Positions 39,443 through 48,959 of a stretch of 51,929 nucleotides of DNA are shown piece by piece (position 1 is the first letter of the stretch; the number at the start of each line of letters is the position of its first letter). The position numbers and the translations under genes are program-made. Origin of the DNA: an uncultured Chromatiales bacterium (GTDB taxonomy: Bacteria > Pseudomonadota > Gammaproteobacteria > Chromatiales > Chromatiaceae); contig CBDUCL010000001.1 in assembly GCA_965365625.1 (NCBI GenBank), positions 1 through 51,929 of the forward strand, in the 5' to 3' direction. The notes beneath the pieces were generated by a model. The model saw nothing but the letters and a program-made list of their open reading frames with translations, was not told where the DNA came from and searched no databases.

Positions 39443-41491
39443 ATGAAAGCTAAATCCGGCGGAACCGCCCGGGGTCGGGGCGCGTCGAACAAGACGATCG
39501 CGCTGTTGTCGATGCTGTTGCTGGCAACGATCCTGCTCGCCCTGCTGACCTTCATCCATGTGTCCCAGCGTGACGCTTTCGACGAACAGTACCTGCTGCG
39601 TGCGTCGGAGCAGCGTATTTTGTCGCAACGAATCGCCAAATTCGCCCTCGCGGCGGCCGGCGGGGATCAGGACGCCTTCGCTCTGTTGCAGCTTTATCGA
39701 GACCAATTCGAAGGCGTTCTGGATGAGCTCAAAAACGGGTCTCCGGTAGATGACCTGCCGCCATCCCCGGACGAGGTCGGGCCCGCGTTAGCTGATTTGG
39801 AGGAGAGTTGGCTGGAACTTCGGGGAAACGCGGATTTGGTTCTCGCCAATCAGGACGCGGTCGTGGGTGTGGACAAACTGATCGAGATCGTCGCCGAGTT
39901 GATCCCACAGCTGCAGGAGTTCAGTGACGAGGTGGTGCGCATTCTGGTGCGCAATGAGGCACCTCAATCCCAGGTCTATATCGCCAGCAACCAGATGATG
40001 CTGGCGCAGCGTATCGAGTCCAATCTGGCCAAGGTGCTGGCCGGTGGTGAGGTATCCGCCACCGCGGTGGATCAGTTTAGCCAGGATGCCGAGCGCTTCG
40101 GCTTGATCCTGGAAGGCCTGATTCGAGGCGACGAGGACCTTAATGTTGCCCAGATCGTCGATCCTGAAGCCGAAGCCAAGCTGCGTGAGGCAGCCATGCT
40201 GTTCAGTGCCGTAGCCGACTCTGCGGAAGAGATCATCGCCGCGGCGCCGGAGGTTTTGCCGGCCCTGGACGCCGCCGCCGAAGCGACCCTGAGCTCTGAC
40301 GTCGTCAACGACGCGGCGGAGGAGTTGGTGCTGGTGTTCCGCGAATCTCCGGGACGCTTCGCCGTGGGCGGGATCCAGGCAAGCCCGAAGGTCATCACGG
40401 TACTTGGCGCTCTGGCTACCGTATTCCTGGTACTGCTCGGTTTGCAGCTGCTGGTCGATGCCCGGCGTCGTGAAGGCGCGATCAAACAGCAAAACGATAT
40501 CAACCAAGCGGCCATTCTGCGCTTGCTGGACGAAATGGGGGATCTCGCTGACGGAGACCTAACGGTAACCGCCACGGTTACGGAAGACATTACCGGCGCC
40601 ATTGCCGACTCCATGAACTACGCCATCGAGGCTACGCGCAACCTGGTGACAACCATTAACCAGACCTCGGAACAGGTATCTACCGCTGCCCAGGAAACCC
40701 GAGCCACTGCCATGCAGCTGGCGGAGGCCTCCGAGCACCAGGCCGAAAAGATCACCGAGGCCACCGACGCCATCCGCACCATGACGCAGGCCATCGACCA
40801 GATGTCCAACGATGCCACCGAGTCGGCGGAGGTAGCCCAGCGCTCGGTAGAGATCGCCAGTAACGGGGCAGAAACCGTGCGCCGGACCATCCAAGGCATG
40901 GACTCGATTCGCGAACAGATCCAGGAAACCTCCAAGCGCATCAAGCGTCTCGGCGAAAGCTCTCAGGAAATTGGCGACATCGTTGAGCTGATCGACGATA
41001 TTGCGGACCAGACAAACATTCTGGCCTTGAATGCGGCCATGCAGGCGGCCATGGCCGGCGAAGCGGGCCGCGGTTTCGCAGTGGTAGCGGACGAGGTTCA
41101 GCGCTTGGCGGAACGCTCCGGTAACGCCACCAAACAGATCGAGGCGCTGGTAAAGACGATTCAGTCCGATACCAACGAGGCTGTGAACTCGATGGAGGCC
41201 AGCACCTCAGGTGTGGTAAGTGGTGCTAACTTGGCCGAGGAGGCCGGCGAGGCCCTGAGCGAGATCGAGAGCGTATCCAAATATATTGCCGACCTGACCC
41301 AGAAGATTTCCGGCTCGGCTCAGCAGCAGTCCGCCGCTGCCACGGGCGTGAACGACACGATGGTGGTGATCCAACAGATCACAACCCAGACCTCCGATGG
41401 AACCAACCGAACCGCGGCGTCCATTGGTAATCTGGCGGAACTCGCCACCGATCTGCAGAAATCGGTAGCCGGGTTCCGTCTGCCGGCCTGA
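39443..41491 (+). CDS. pilJ: methyl-accepting chemotaxis protein PilJ
   Basis: 682 aa with an N-terminal TM and PilJ-type periplasmic domain, a second TM, HAMP, and the highly conserved MCP signalling hairpin ([40 protein letters not shown]). Confidence 0.9.
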   Translation: MKAKSGGTARGRGASNKTIALLSMLLLATILLALLTFIHVSQRDAFDEQYLLRASEQRILSQRIAKFALAAAGGDQDAFALLQLYRDQFEGVLDELKNGSPVDDLPPSPDEVGPALADLEESWLELRGNADLVLANQDAVVGVDKLIEIVAELIPQLQEFSDEVVRILVRNEAPQSQVYIASNQMMLAQRIESNLAKVLAGGEVSATAVDQFSQDAERFGLILEGLIRGDEDLNVAQIVDPEAEAKLREAAMLFSAVADSAEEIIAAAPEVLPALDAAAEATLSSDVVNDAAEELVLVFRESPGRFAVGGIQASPKVITVLGALATVFLVLLGLQLLVDARRREGAIKQQNDINQAAILRLLDEMGDLADGDLTVTATVTEDITGAIADSMNYAIEATRNLVTTINQTSEQVSTAAQETRATAMQLAEASEHQAEKITEATDAIRTMTQAIDQMSNDATESAEVAQRSVEIASNGAETVRRTIQGMDSIREQIQETSKRIKRLGESSQEIGDIVELIDDIADQTNILALNAAMQAAMAGEAGRGFAVVADEVQRLAERSGNATKQIEALVKTIQSDTNEAVNSMEASTSGVVSGANLAEEAGEALSEIESVSKYIADLTQKISGSAQQQSAAATGVNDTMVVIQQITTQTSDGTNRTAASIGNLAELATDLQKSVAGFRLPA

Positions 41492-41567
41492 ACTCCTTAG
41501 GGAAGGGTGAAGAACAGCCATCAAACTTTTTTCAGCATGGCTGCGCGAAGAAGTGGTTTCCGGAAGC

Positions 41568-41604
41568 CTCCATCTTCGATCGCATGGCGCGATTGAAGAT
41601 GGAG
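41568..41604. repeat. 16-bp inverted repeat (stable hairpin) in the pilJ-chpA intergenic gap
   Basis: CTCCATCTTCGATCGC (41568-41583), loop ATGGC, GCGATTGAAGATGGAG (41589-41604). There is one G-U position and no T run after it. Confidence 0.7.
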
Positions 41605-41753
41605 CTGCCACGGCTGTGGTCGGCTGACGCCGGTGCGACGGCTAGTCACAAGTCGAATGCAGCCCTCGGACCAGAAAGACCTTTCGGGCTGCCGGTGATC
41701 TTCTTCGGGCCGGCACGCAATCGACGACCGGGGTAAGAACGGGGCTATCTCTT

Positions 41754-44700
41754 ATGACAACTGCTCGCGATCACAGCACCCTATCCTGGGTGAAAGCCGC
41801 CGTCGAAGAACTCTTGGCGCAGGCGAGGCAGGACCTCGAGGCATACATTGAAGGCGACGGCGCTCCGCAACGGATGCAAAGCTGTGCCGCCGGTTTGCAC
41901 CAGGTCCACGGCACGCTACGAATGCTAGAGATCTACGGCGCCGCAATGCTGGTGGAAGAGATGGAGCAACTCGCCTTGGCCTTGGGCGAGGAATCCTTTT
42001 CCCGTCGCGACGAGGGGGGGGAGGCACTGATGCTGGCCTTGGTGCGGCTGCCCGACTATTTGGAAAAGCTCGCGGCCGGCGGTCCAGACATTCCGCTGGT
42101 GTTGCAGCCGCTGATCAATGATCTGCGTACCATCCGTGAGGTCCCGTTACTGGCGGAAACTGCACTCTTCTTCCCCGCGTTGCAGGATGCGGAGGTGCCG
42201 CCAGAGGTGGTTGGGGCGCCGAATCCGGAGCTCCCGGAGGTCGCTCGACAACTGCGCCCCGTGTATCACAAGGCCCAGCTCATTTGGTACCGTGGCGTGA
42301 CGCCGGAGCAGGGTCTGCGGCAGTTGCAGGAAGTAATCGCGAATCTTCGTTCGAAGGCCGGAACTGTCCAGGTATACCGATTGCTGCAAGTGGCCGAAGC
42401 ACTGGTCTGCGGTCTCGAGGAGAGTTCGATTGAAGCCGGCGCCAGAGTCAAACAGCTGCTGGCCAAGTTGGACCGTCAGATAAAGCGGATCATAGACGCT
42501 GGTGAAGGGGGAGTTGAGGAAGAATCCCTGTCCGAGCTTAGCAAGACCATGCTGTATTATCTTGCGAGCGCCGAGTCTGCGAGATCGGAGGTGCAGGCCG
42601 TGCAGCGAGCGTACCGGCTGGAGCAGGCGTTACCGAACCAGGAGATTCTCAGCTCGGTGCGGGACGAATTGTCGGCGCCCAGCCAGGAAATGCTGAAAAC
42701 GGTATTTGGCGCCGTCCAGGAGGATCTGCTCAAGATCAAGGACCGGCTGGATCTGTTCATGCGCAACCGCGACAAGCGGGTTGAAGACCTGGTGGCTCTG
42801 GCCGAGCCAATGCGCACGGTAGCCGATACCCTCGGTATGATTGGTCAGGGTGCGTTGCGCGTGCGTTTGCGGGAGGAGTTGGAGAACCTGCAGCAAGCGG
42901 AAGCGACAGGTCAGGTTCCGGATGAGGAGGTTCTGTTAGGGATGGCTGGGGCCATCCTCTTCGTTGAGAATTCTCTGCGCAGCGCCGGAGAGGGTGTCGC
43001 GGCTTCGGGGCGGGACCCGGCCTTGATCATACCCATAATGCGTGAAACCCGGGCCGAGATCATGCGGGCCAAGGACGCGATTATGGTGTTCGTCGCGGAG
43101 CCGGAGGATCTGGAATCGGTCCGAGATGTGCCGGCTTGGCTGTACAATATCGCGGGTTCGTTTCGAATCCTCGAGCTTCCGGAACCGGCGGAGATTCTGG
43201 ATCAGCTATCGACTTACCTAAAGGAGAGAGTCCTCGCGACCGGCAAAGTCCCTGAGCAAGGCCAGCTGGAGGCATATGCCGACGCCGTATCCGCGATCGA
43301 ATACTTTGCAGAGTCTCTGGTGGAAGGGCGCGGTGAAGCGGCTCAGGCTAAGATTCTCGATACCGCGCGTGCTGCCATCGAGCGCCTGCAGGCCGCACCT
43401 TCGGCTTCCGAGGCGCAGATTCCCGAACCGACCGCGAGTGCCGCCCCAGAGCCGGTTGCGACGGAGCCCGACACCGATGCCGAGGTGGTCGACCAGGAGA
43501 TCCTGGATATCTTCCTGGAAGAGGCGCGGGAGGAGATGGAATCGATTGCCGTCAACTACCCTCGTTGGCGTGGAGATACAGCCGACGAAGATGCGCTAAT
43601 GGTTTTGCGCCGTTCGTTCCACACCCTCAAAGGCAGCGGTCGGCTGGTCGGAGCAGAGGCTATCGGCGAATTTTCCTGGGCGCTCGAGAATCTCCTTAAC
43701 AGGGTAATCGACCGGTCAGTTGAAGCTGGGCCCGAAGTTTTCAGCCTGCTCGACGTTGCGTTGGAGGTGATGCCGACGTTGATTGAGGCACAGGAAGCCG
43801 GCCAGCCGCCGGAAGTCGATGTGGCTTCCTTGTCCGAGCGGGCATTCACGCTAGCGCGGCATGGCCATCCAGCCGAACCCGCGACCCCAGCGAAGGCCAC
43901 CCCACCGACGGAGGCGCCGGTCGCCGAGCAGGTCGACGAGGCTCCCGATGCAGCGGATAGCGAGGTGGCGACGGAGTTCGAAGCGAAATTGGCGGAAGCT
44001 CCCGACCAGGAACCGGAGACGGCGGCACGCGTCGAGGTCGAACCGGTTTCCGGGGAGGCGGAATCCGACACGGAATTCAGGGCTATTCCCGATCAGGAAC
44101 CAGAGATCCCCGCCAGCTCGGAAGCCGAACTGGTGTCCGAGGAGTCAGAAATAGCACCCGAATTGGCGGCAGTTCCCGATCAGGAGCCGGAGACGGCTGT
44201 GAGCGCGGAACCCGAAGCCGCTGGCGGCGAGCCGGAGATCGACGAAGAGATCTTAGAGATCTTTATGGAAGAAGCCCGCGAAGAGGTGAGTGCGATCCAG
44301 AATAACCTGCCGCGCTGGTTGGATAAACCGGGGGATACGGAGTCCCTGGGCGCCATCCGCCGTTCGTTCCATACCCTCAAGGGAAGCGGGCGATTGGTAG
44401 GCGCCACCGCGATCGGCGAATTTGCTTGGTCGGTGGAAAATCTGCTCAACCAATTGTTGGAAGGCAAAATCAACCCATCCAGTCAGCTTTCGGAGCTGTT
44501 GGAATCGGCAGCAGGGGTTTTACCGCGCTTGATCAACGATCAAGAGGTCGGTGTATCAGCCGCGGGTGACGTGCAGCCGCTGGTGGATCGGGCGTTTGCC
44601 CTGGCGGCCGGTGAGCTTCCCAGTGCCCCGCTGGAGGTTCCGGAACTGGCTGCCGAGCCGGGCCAGGAACCCGAAGTGCTGCCGGTTGCGGAGACCGAGG

Positions 44701-47699
44701 AAGCCGCAGAGGCAGAGACCCAAGAAGTACTGGCCGCAGAGACCGAAGAAGCAGTGGCTGCGGAGACTACAGCCGAGCCGGGCCCGGAACCAGAAGTGCT
44801 GCCGGTTGCGGAGACCGAGGAAGCCGCAGAGGCAGAGACCGAAGAAGTACTGGCCGCAGAGACCGAAGAAGCAGCGGCTGCGGAGACTACAGCCGAGCCG
44901 GAACCCGCGGCGCTGCGCTTCGATATCGATCCCACCCTGTTCGAGATCTTCGAGCCCGAGAGCCGAGATCACTTGGCCACGCTGGCCGGGTTCGTCGAAG
45001 ATTGTCGGTCGGGTGGTGCCCATTGCGAACTCTCGGATCAGGTGGCGCGTGCCTTCCATACCCTGCGCGGAAGCGCGCACATGGCGCAAGTCCATCCGAT
45101 GGCCGAAGTCAGCAGCGCCATGGAGGCGTTCGTCAACGAGTTGCGCGCGGCCCATTTGCCGCCCAGCGAGCCGGTGGCTGACTTGGTGGAAGCGGCTGTT
45201 GGCATGCTCGGCCGGATTCTCGATTGCATAACCGACCCTTCGCTTGACCTGCCGGATACCGAGGCCTTCGTGGCCCGGATAAACACCCTCAAGCTCGGAC
45301 TGCTGGCGGAGCCTGCGGCGGAGGCGGTAGCGGAGGAGGTACCCCTTGAGGTTGGCTACTTTGACGTTGGTGGCGACCCCGACCTGGTGGACATCTTCCT
45401 CGAGGAGGCGAAAGACCTATTCGAATCCTTGGACAACGGGCTGCGGGACTGGCGGAGCAGCCCGAAGGACAGCGAGATCTTGGCGGATCTCCAACGTACC
45501 CTGCACACCCTCAAGGGAGGGGCGAGGTTGGCTGGGATCATGCCGCTGGGTGACCTCAGCCATGCCTTCGAAACCCTGCTGACGGGTGTCGTGAGCGACG
45601 AGGTCGACCCTTCACCGGCAATCATTGATCTGGCTCAGGATACCAGCGATTGGATGGTGAACCAGATCGACGAGGTGGCCCGCTACAATCGGGTCGAGAG
45701 TGCCGAAAGCCTGATTGCTGTGCTGGAGTCGGCTCGGGCCGGGAAACTGGCGGAGCAGACCGCCGACCTAGCCGCCGAGCCTCCGGAGGAGACAGCGGCA
45801 GCCGTTGCCGTGACTGGGGAGGAGGCCTTTGCGGGTAAGGATACGGGCGCCGAAGCCGCCCTGCGACGGCAAGAACAGATTCGTGTGCGTGCCGACCTCC
45901 TCGATATGCTGGTCAATAACGCCGGCGAAGCAAGCATCTACCGTGCCCGCCTAGATCAGCAAAACAACAGCCTTGGCTTCCACTTGACCGAACTGGAACA
46001 GACCGTCGACCGTTTGCGTAGCCAGTTGCGGCAACTGGAAATCGAGACCGAGGCCCAGATCCTGTTTCGCTTCGAACGCGACCGTGAAGAGAAGGACCTC
46101 AACGAGGAATTCGACCCACTGGAAATGGATCGCTTCTCGACCATGCAGCAACTGTCGCGAAGCCTGATGGAGACGGTCAACGATCTCGGCAATATCCGGG
46201 AGGTCATGGATGATCTCAACCGCGGCATGGAGACCTTGCTGCTGCAGCAATCGCGGGTATCTACCGACCTTCAAGACGGACTGCTGCGCACCCGAATGGT
46301 GCCGTTTTCACAGGTGGTCCCGCGCCTGCACCGCTTGGTGCGCCAGACTGGTAAGTCGGAGGGCAAGCTGGCGGAATTGGACGTGATTGGCGCCGAGGAG
46401 GAACTCGACCGCAATATCTTGGAGCGCATGCTGGCGCCCTTGGAGCACATCCTGCGCAACGCCATTTCCCACGGCATCGAGGACAAGGCGACGCGCCGGG
46501 TGGCGGGGAAGAGCGAGACCGGGAAGGTCTCTATCTACGTCGGGCGCGAGGGCACCGATGTGGTCCTCAACGTGGCCGACGACGGGGCCGGCATGAACTT
46601 CGAGCGCATCCGCGAGCGAGCTATCGAGCGTGGACTGATGAAGCGCGGTGCTGATGTCACCGACGACGACATCATGCAGTTTGTGCTCGCCCCGGGCTTT
46701 TCCACGGCCTCGGAGATCACCCAAGTGGCCGGTCGCGGCGTGGGTATGGATGTGGTCGCCAGCGGCATCAAGCAACTCGGTGGCTCCCTGGAGATGGAGT
46801 CCCAAGCGGGCCGAGGCACCAGTTTTACCATCCGCCTGCCCCTCACGCTGGCTATTAGCGAAGCCTTGCTGGCCAAGACCGGAGACGAGATCTTCGCCAT
46901 TCCCTATGCCAGCATCGAGGGCGTGGTGCGGATTCCACGCAGCGATCTGTTGGAGTTCTATCGAAACAACAGCAAGCTCTATAGCTACGCCGGGCACGAC
47001 TACCAGGTACGCTATCTCGGCGGCATGTTGGGGACCGGTGTGGCGGCGCTGGCCGAGGGCATCCGCTGGTTCCCGGTGTTGCTGGTACGATCGGGTGAGC
47101 ACCGAGTCGCGATTCAGGTCGATGACCTTCTGGGTAACCGCCAGATTGTGGTTAAAACAGTGGGTCCGCAGCTCAGCAGTATCCAATGGATCACCGGGGC
47201 CACCATCCTGAGCGACGGTCGCGTGGCGCTGATTTTGGACCTCAACGCCATGGTTCGTCTGGACGCAGCCAAGACCATCGCGGCAGCTCCGGTTCCGGTC
47301 GAAACTACGGCACAGGATCGCGCGGTCGTCACCGTGATGGTGGTGGACGACTCGATCACCGTGCGCAAGGTCACCGCGCGCCTGCTGGAGCGCCACAATA
47401 TGCAGGTCGTCAGCGCCAAGGACGGTATGGATGCGGTTACCAAGTTGCAGGAGCGGATCCCCGACGTGATGCTTCTGGATATCGAAATGCCTCGCATGGA
47501 CGGCTTCGAGGTAGTTCGCCATATGCGCAACACCGCGGAGTTGAAGAACATCCCGGTGATTATGATCACCTCGCGCAGCGGCGAGAAGCACCGGCAGCGC
47601 GCCATGGAGTTGGGCGTGCAACGCTACCTCGGCAAGCCTTACCAGGAGACCGAATTGCTGGATAACATCTATTCCGTGCTGTCGGAGCTGCAGGCATGA
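41754..47699 (+). CDS. chpA: multi-Hpt hybrid histidine kinase ChpA (PilL) of the Pil-Chp chemosensory system
   Basis: 1981 aa. Canonical Hpt motifs are at His623 and His873 (both RRSFHTLKGSGRLVG), His1102 (FHTLRGSAHM) and His1251 (LHTLKGGARLAG). An N-terminal Hpt-like motif VHGTLRM is at His52. These are followed by a dimerisation region, a HATPase domain (DDGAGM, GRGVGMD), a CheW domain and a C-terminal REC domain (VMVVDDS...MLLDIEMPRMDG...KP). Confidence 0.9.
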   Translation: MTTARDHSTLSWVKAAVEELLAQARQDLEAYIEGDGAPQRMQSCAAGLHQVHGTLRMLEIYGAAMLVEEMEQLALALGEESFSRRDEGGEALMLALVRLPDYLEKLAAGGPDIPLVLQPLINDLRTIREVPLLAETALFFPALQDAEVPPEVVGAPNPELPEVARQLRPVYHKAQLIWYRGVTPEQGLRQLQEVIANLRSKAGTVQVYRLLQVAEALVCGLEESSIEAGARVKQLLAKLDRQIKRIIDAGEGGVEEESLSELSKTMLYYLASAESARSEVQAVQRAYRLEQALPNQEILSSVRDELSAPSQEMLKTVFGAVQEDLLKIKDRLDLFMRNRDKRVEDLVALAEPMRTVADTLGMIGQGALRVRLREELENLQQAEATGQVPDEEVLLGMAGAILFVENSLRSAGEGVAASGRDPALIIPIMRETRAEIMRAKDAIMVFVAEPEDLESVRDVPAWLYNIAGSFRILELPEPAEILDQLSTYLKERVLATGKVPEQGQLEAYADAVSAIEYFAESLVEGRGEAAQAKILDTARAAIERLQAAPSASEAQIPEPTASAAPEPVATEPDTDAEVVDQEILDIFLEEAREEMESIAVNYPRWRGDTADEDALMVLRRSFHTLKGSGRLVGAEAIGEFSWALENLLNRVIDRSVEAGPEVFSLLDVALEVMPTLIEAQEAGQPPEVDVASLSERAFTLARHGHPAEPATPAKATPPTEAPVAEQVDEAPDAADSEVATEFEAKLAEAPDQEPETAARVEVEPVSGEAESDTEFRAIPDQEPEIPASSEAELVSEESEIAPELAAVPDQEPETAVSAEPEAAGGEPEIDEEILEIFMEEAREEVSAIQNNLPRWLDKPGDTESLGAIRRSFHTLKGSGRLVGATAIGEFAWSVENLLNQLLEGKINPSSQLSELLESAAGVLPRLINDQEVGVSAAGDVQPLVDRAFALAAGELPSAPLEVPELAAEPGQEPEVLPVAETEEAAEAETQEVLAAETEEAVAAETTAEPGPEPEVLPVAETEEAAEAETEEVLAAETEEAAAAETTAEPEPAALRFDIDPTLFEIFEPESRDHLATLAGFVEDCRSGGAHCELSDQVARAFHTLRGSAHMAQVHPMAEVSSAMEAFVNELRAAHLPPSEPVADLVEAAVGMLGRILDCITDPSLDLPDTEAFVARINTLKLGLLAEPAAEAVAEEVPLEVGYFDVGGDPDLVDIFLEEAKDLFESLDNGLRDWRSSPKDSEILADLQRTLHTLKGGARLAGIMPLGDLSHAFETLLTGVVSDEVDPSPAIIDLAQDTSDWMVNQIDEVARYNRVESAESLIAVLESARAGKLAEQTADLAAEPPEETAAAVAVTGEEAFAGKDTGAEAALRRQEQIRVRADLLDMLVNNAGEASIYRARLDQQNNSLGFHLTELEQTVDRLRSQLRQLEIETEAQILFRFERDREEKDLNEEFDPLEMDRFSTMQQLSRSLMETVNDLGNIREVMDDLNRGMETLLLQQSRVSTDLQDGLLRTRMVPFSQVVPRLHRLVRQTGKSEGKLAELDVIGAEEELDRNILERMLAPLEHILRNAISHGIEDKATRRVAGKSETGKVSIYVGREGTDVVLNVADDGAGMNFERIRERAIERGLMKRGADVTDDDIMQFVLAPGFSTASEITQVAGRGVGMDVVASGIKQLGGSLEMESQAGRGTSFTIRLPLTLAISEALLAKTGDEIFAIPYASIEGVVRIPRSDLLEFYRNNSKLYSYAGHDYQVRYLGGMLGTGVAALAEGIRWFPVLLVRSGEHRVAIQVDDLLGNRQIVVKTVGPQLSSIQWITGATILSDGRVALILDLNAMVRLDAAKTIAAAPVPVETTAQDRAVVTVMVVDDSITVRKVTARLLERHNMQVVSAKDGMDAVTKLQERIPDVMLLDIEMPRMDGFEVVRHMRNTAELKNIPVIMITSRSGEKHRQRAMELGVQRYLGKPYQETELLDNIYSVLSELQA
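44001..44261 (+). repeat. three degenerate in-frame 87-nt (29-aa) repeats inside chpA, each starting PDQEPE
   Basis: The CCC of the PDQEPE motif recurs at 44001, 44088 and 44175, exactly 87 nt apart. The encoded linker is acidic and rich in Pro/Glu. Confidence 0.6.
44652..44901 (+). repeat. near-perfect in-frame 120-nt tandem duplication inside chpA (two copies plus the start of a third)
   Basis: 44652-44771 and 44772-44891 differ at only about 4 positions. The encoded 40-aa units read ...EPEVLPVAETEEAAEAET(Q/E)EVLAAETEEA(V/A)AAETTAEPGP. The first 10 nt recur at 44892-44901. Confidence 0.9.
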
Positions 47700-48172
47700 G
47701 TCCGGCCCAAACCGAGGTGGCGGGTGAGATCCGCGGAGTTCTCATCCCCCTGGCGGGAGATCAGCTGTTGATGCCTAATGCGTTGGTGGCGGAGGTGGTC
47801 AACTACCAAGCCCCTCAGCCGATTGAGGAGGCGCCCGCCTGGCTGAAGGGCAACATGGGTTGGCGTGGCGAGATCCTGCCGGTGGTATCGATGGAGGCTC
47901 TAATGCAGATCCCCGAAGCGGAGCTCGGCCATCGCGCGCGCATCGTGGTCTGCAACGCCATGAGCGGCAATGCCCGGCTGCCCTATTTGGGTCTGATCGC
48001 GCAGTCGATTCCGCGGCTGGTTCGGATCACCCGGGATAATCTGGAGCCGGCCGACGAGGATCGTTTCCAGATTCCGGGAAGTATTGCCGGCGTTCGCATC
48101 GCCGGCGAAGAGGCGAGCATCCCGGATTTGGTTGCCCTGGAACGGGCCCTATTGGAACAACTGCCGGACTAG
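47696..48172 (+). CDS. chpC: CheW-like coupling protein (ChpC-type)
   Basis: 158 aa. Its ATG overlaps the chpA stop (ATGA). It has a CheW-like fold (IRGVLIPLAGDQLLMPNALVAEVV...WRGEILPVVSME). Confidence 0.75.
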   Translation: MSPAQTEVAGEIRGVLIPLAGDQLLMPNALVAEVVNYQAPQPIEEAPAWLKGNMGWRGEILPVVSMEALMQIPEAELGHRARIVVCNAMSGNARLPYLGLIAQSIPRLVRITRDNLEPADEDRFQIPGSIAGVRIAGEEASIPDLVALERALLEQLPD

Positions 48173-48193
48173 GCTGATTATCCGGGCTGGCAC

Positions 48194-48940
48194 TCAGGCG
48201 CCGGCGCTGCAGAAATCCCCCCACAGGGTTTGTATCGCCGCTATCGCCGCCAGCGGCGCCGTTTCGGTGCGCAGGACCCGCGGCCCCAGGCGAATCGGAA
48301 TGAAACCCTTCGTTTCGGCGAGCCGCATCTCCGCCTCGGTCAAGCCCCCCTCGGGTCCGATCAACAACTGCACCCGCTGTCTCGGGGCGGCCAGTTGAGA
48401 GAGGTTGCGGCCTGTGTTCGGCGCCAGCAGCAGGCGCAGCTGGTCACCCTCTTCGCCGAGTGCCTCGGTATCGAGGCGCGCCGCCCGTTCCAACTGCGGC
48501 AGTCGATTGCGGCCAGACTGCTCGCAGGCGGCGATGACCACCTGCCGCCAGTGCGCCATGCGTCGGTCCAGGCGCTCGCCACGCAGTCGCACCTGGGTGC
48601 GCTCGGTAAATAGCGGGTGGATGCGTGTCACCCCCAGTTCCACCGCCTTCTGCAGCGCAAAATCCATGCGCTCGCCCTTGCCGACGGCCTGCAGCAGGTC
48701 GATCTCCAGGCGTGGTGGCGGAGCCGCCGGGGCGCAGCGCCCCACCTGTAGCTGCACTCCGGACTTGTCGGCCTGCAGGATAATTGCGCTGCAATCCCGG
48801 CCGTCGCCGTTGAACAGCAGCACTTCGGCTCCCGTCTTCAACCTCAGCACCTGAACCAGATGGCGTGCCGCCGCGGGCTCCAGGGTCAGCCCTTTCCCCG
48901 TTCGGAGGCGCTGGGGAGTGTAGATTCTCGGGATGCGCAT
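48194..48940 (-). CDS. rsmE: 16S rRNA (uracil1498-N3)-methyltransferase
   Basis: 248 aa starting MRIPRIYTPQRL. It has a C-terminal SPOUT block (LLIGPEGGLTEAE...LGPRVLRTETAPLAA). Confidence 0.9.
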   Translation of the reverse strand: MRIPRIYTPQRLRTGKGLTLEPAAARHLVQVLRLKTGAEVLLFNGDGRDCSAIILQADKSGVQLQVGRCAPAAPPPRLEIDLLQAVGKGERMDFALQKAVELGVTRIHPLFTERTQVRLRGERLDRRMAHWRQVVIAACEQSGRNRLPQLERAARLDTEALGEEGDQLRLLLAPNTGRNLSQLAAPRQRVQLLIGPEGGLTEAEMRLAETKGFIPIRLGPRVLRTETAPLAAIAAIQTLWGDFCSAGA

Positions 48941-48959
48941 CGCGGCGCCCAGGCGCGGT

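Noticed and set aside
44001-44901. Regularly spaced direct repeats considered as a possible CRISPR-like or mobile-element feature
   Set aside because: The repeats are contiguous without spacers, exact multiples of 3 nt, and lie in frame within the chpA coding sequence, encoding acidic linker peptides. They are not a CRISPR array or an IS end.
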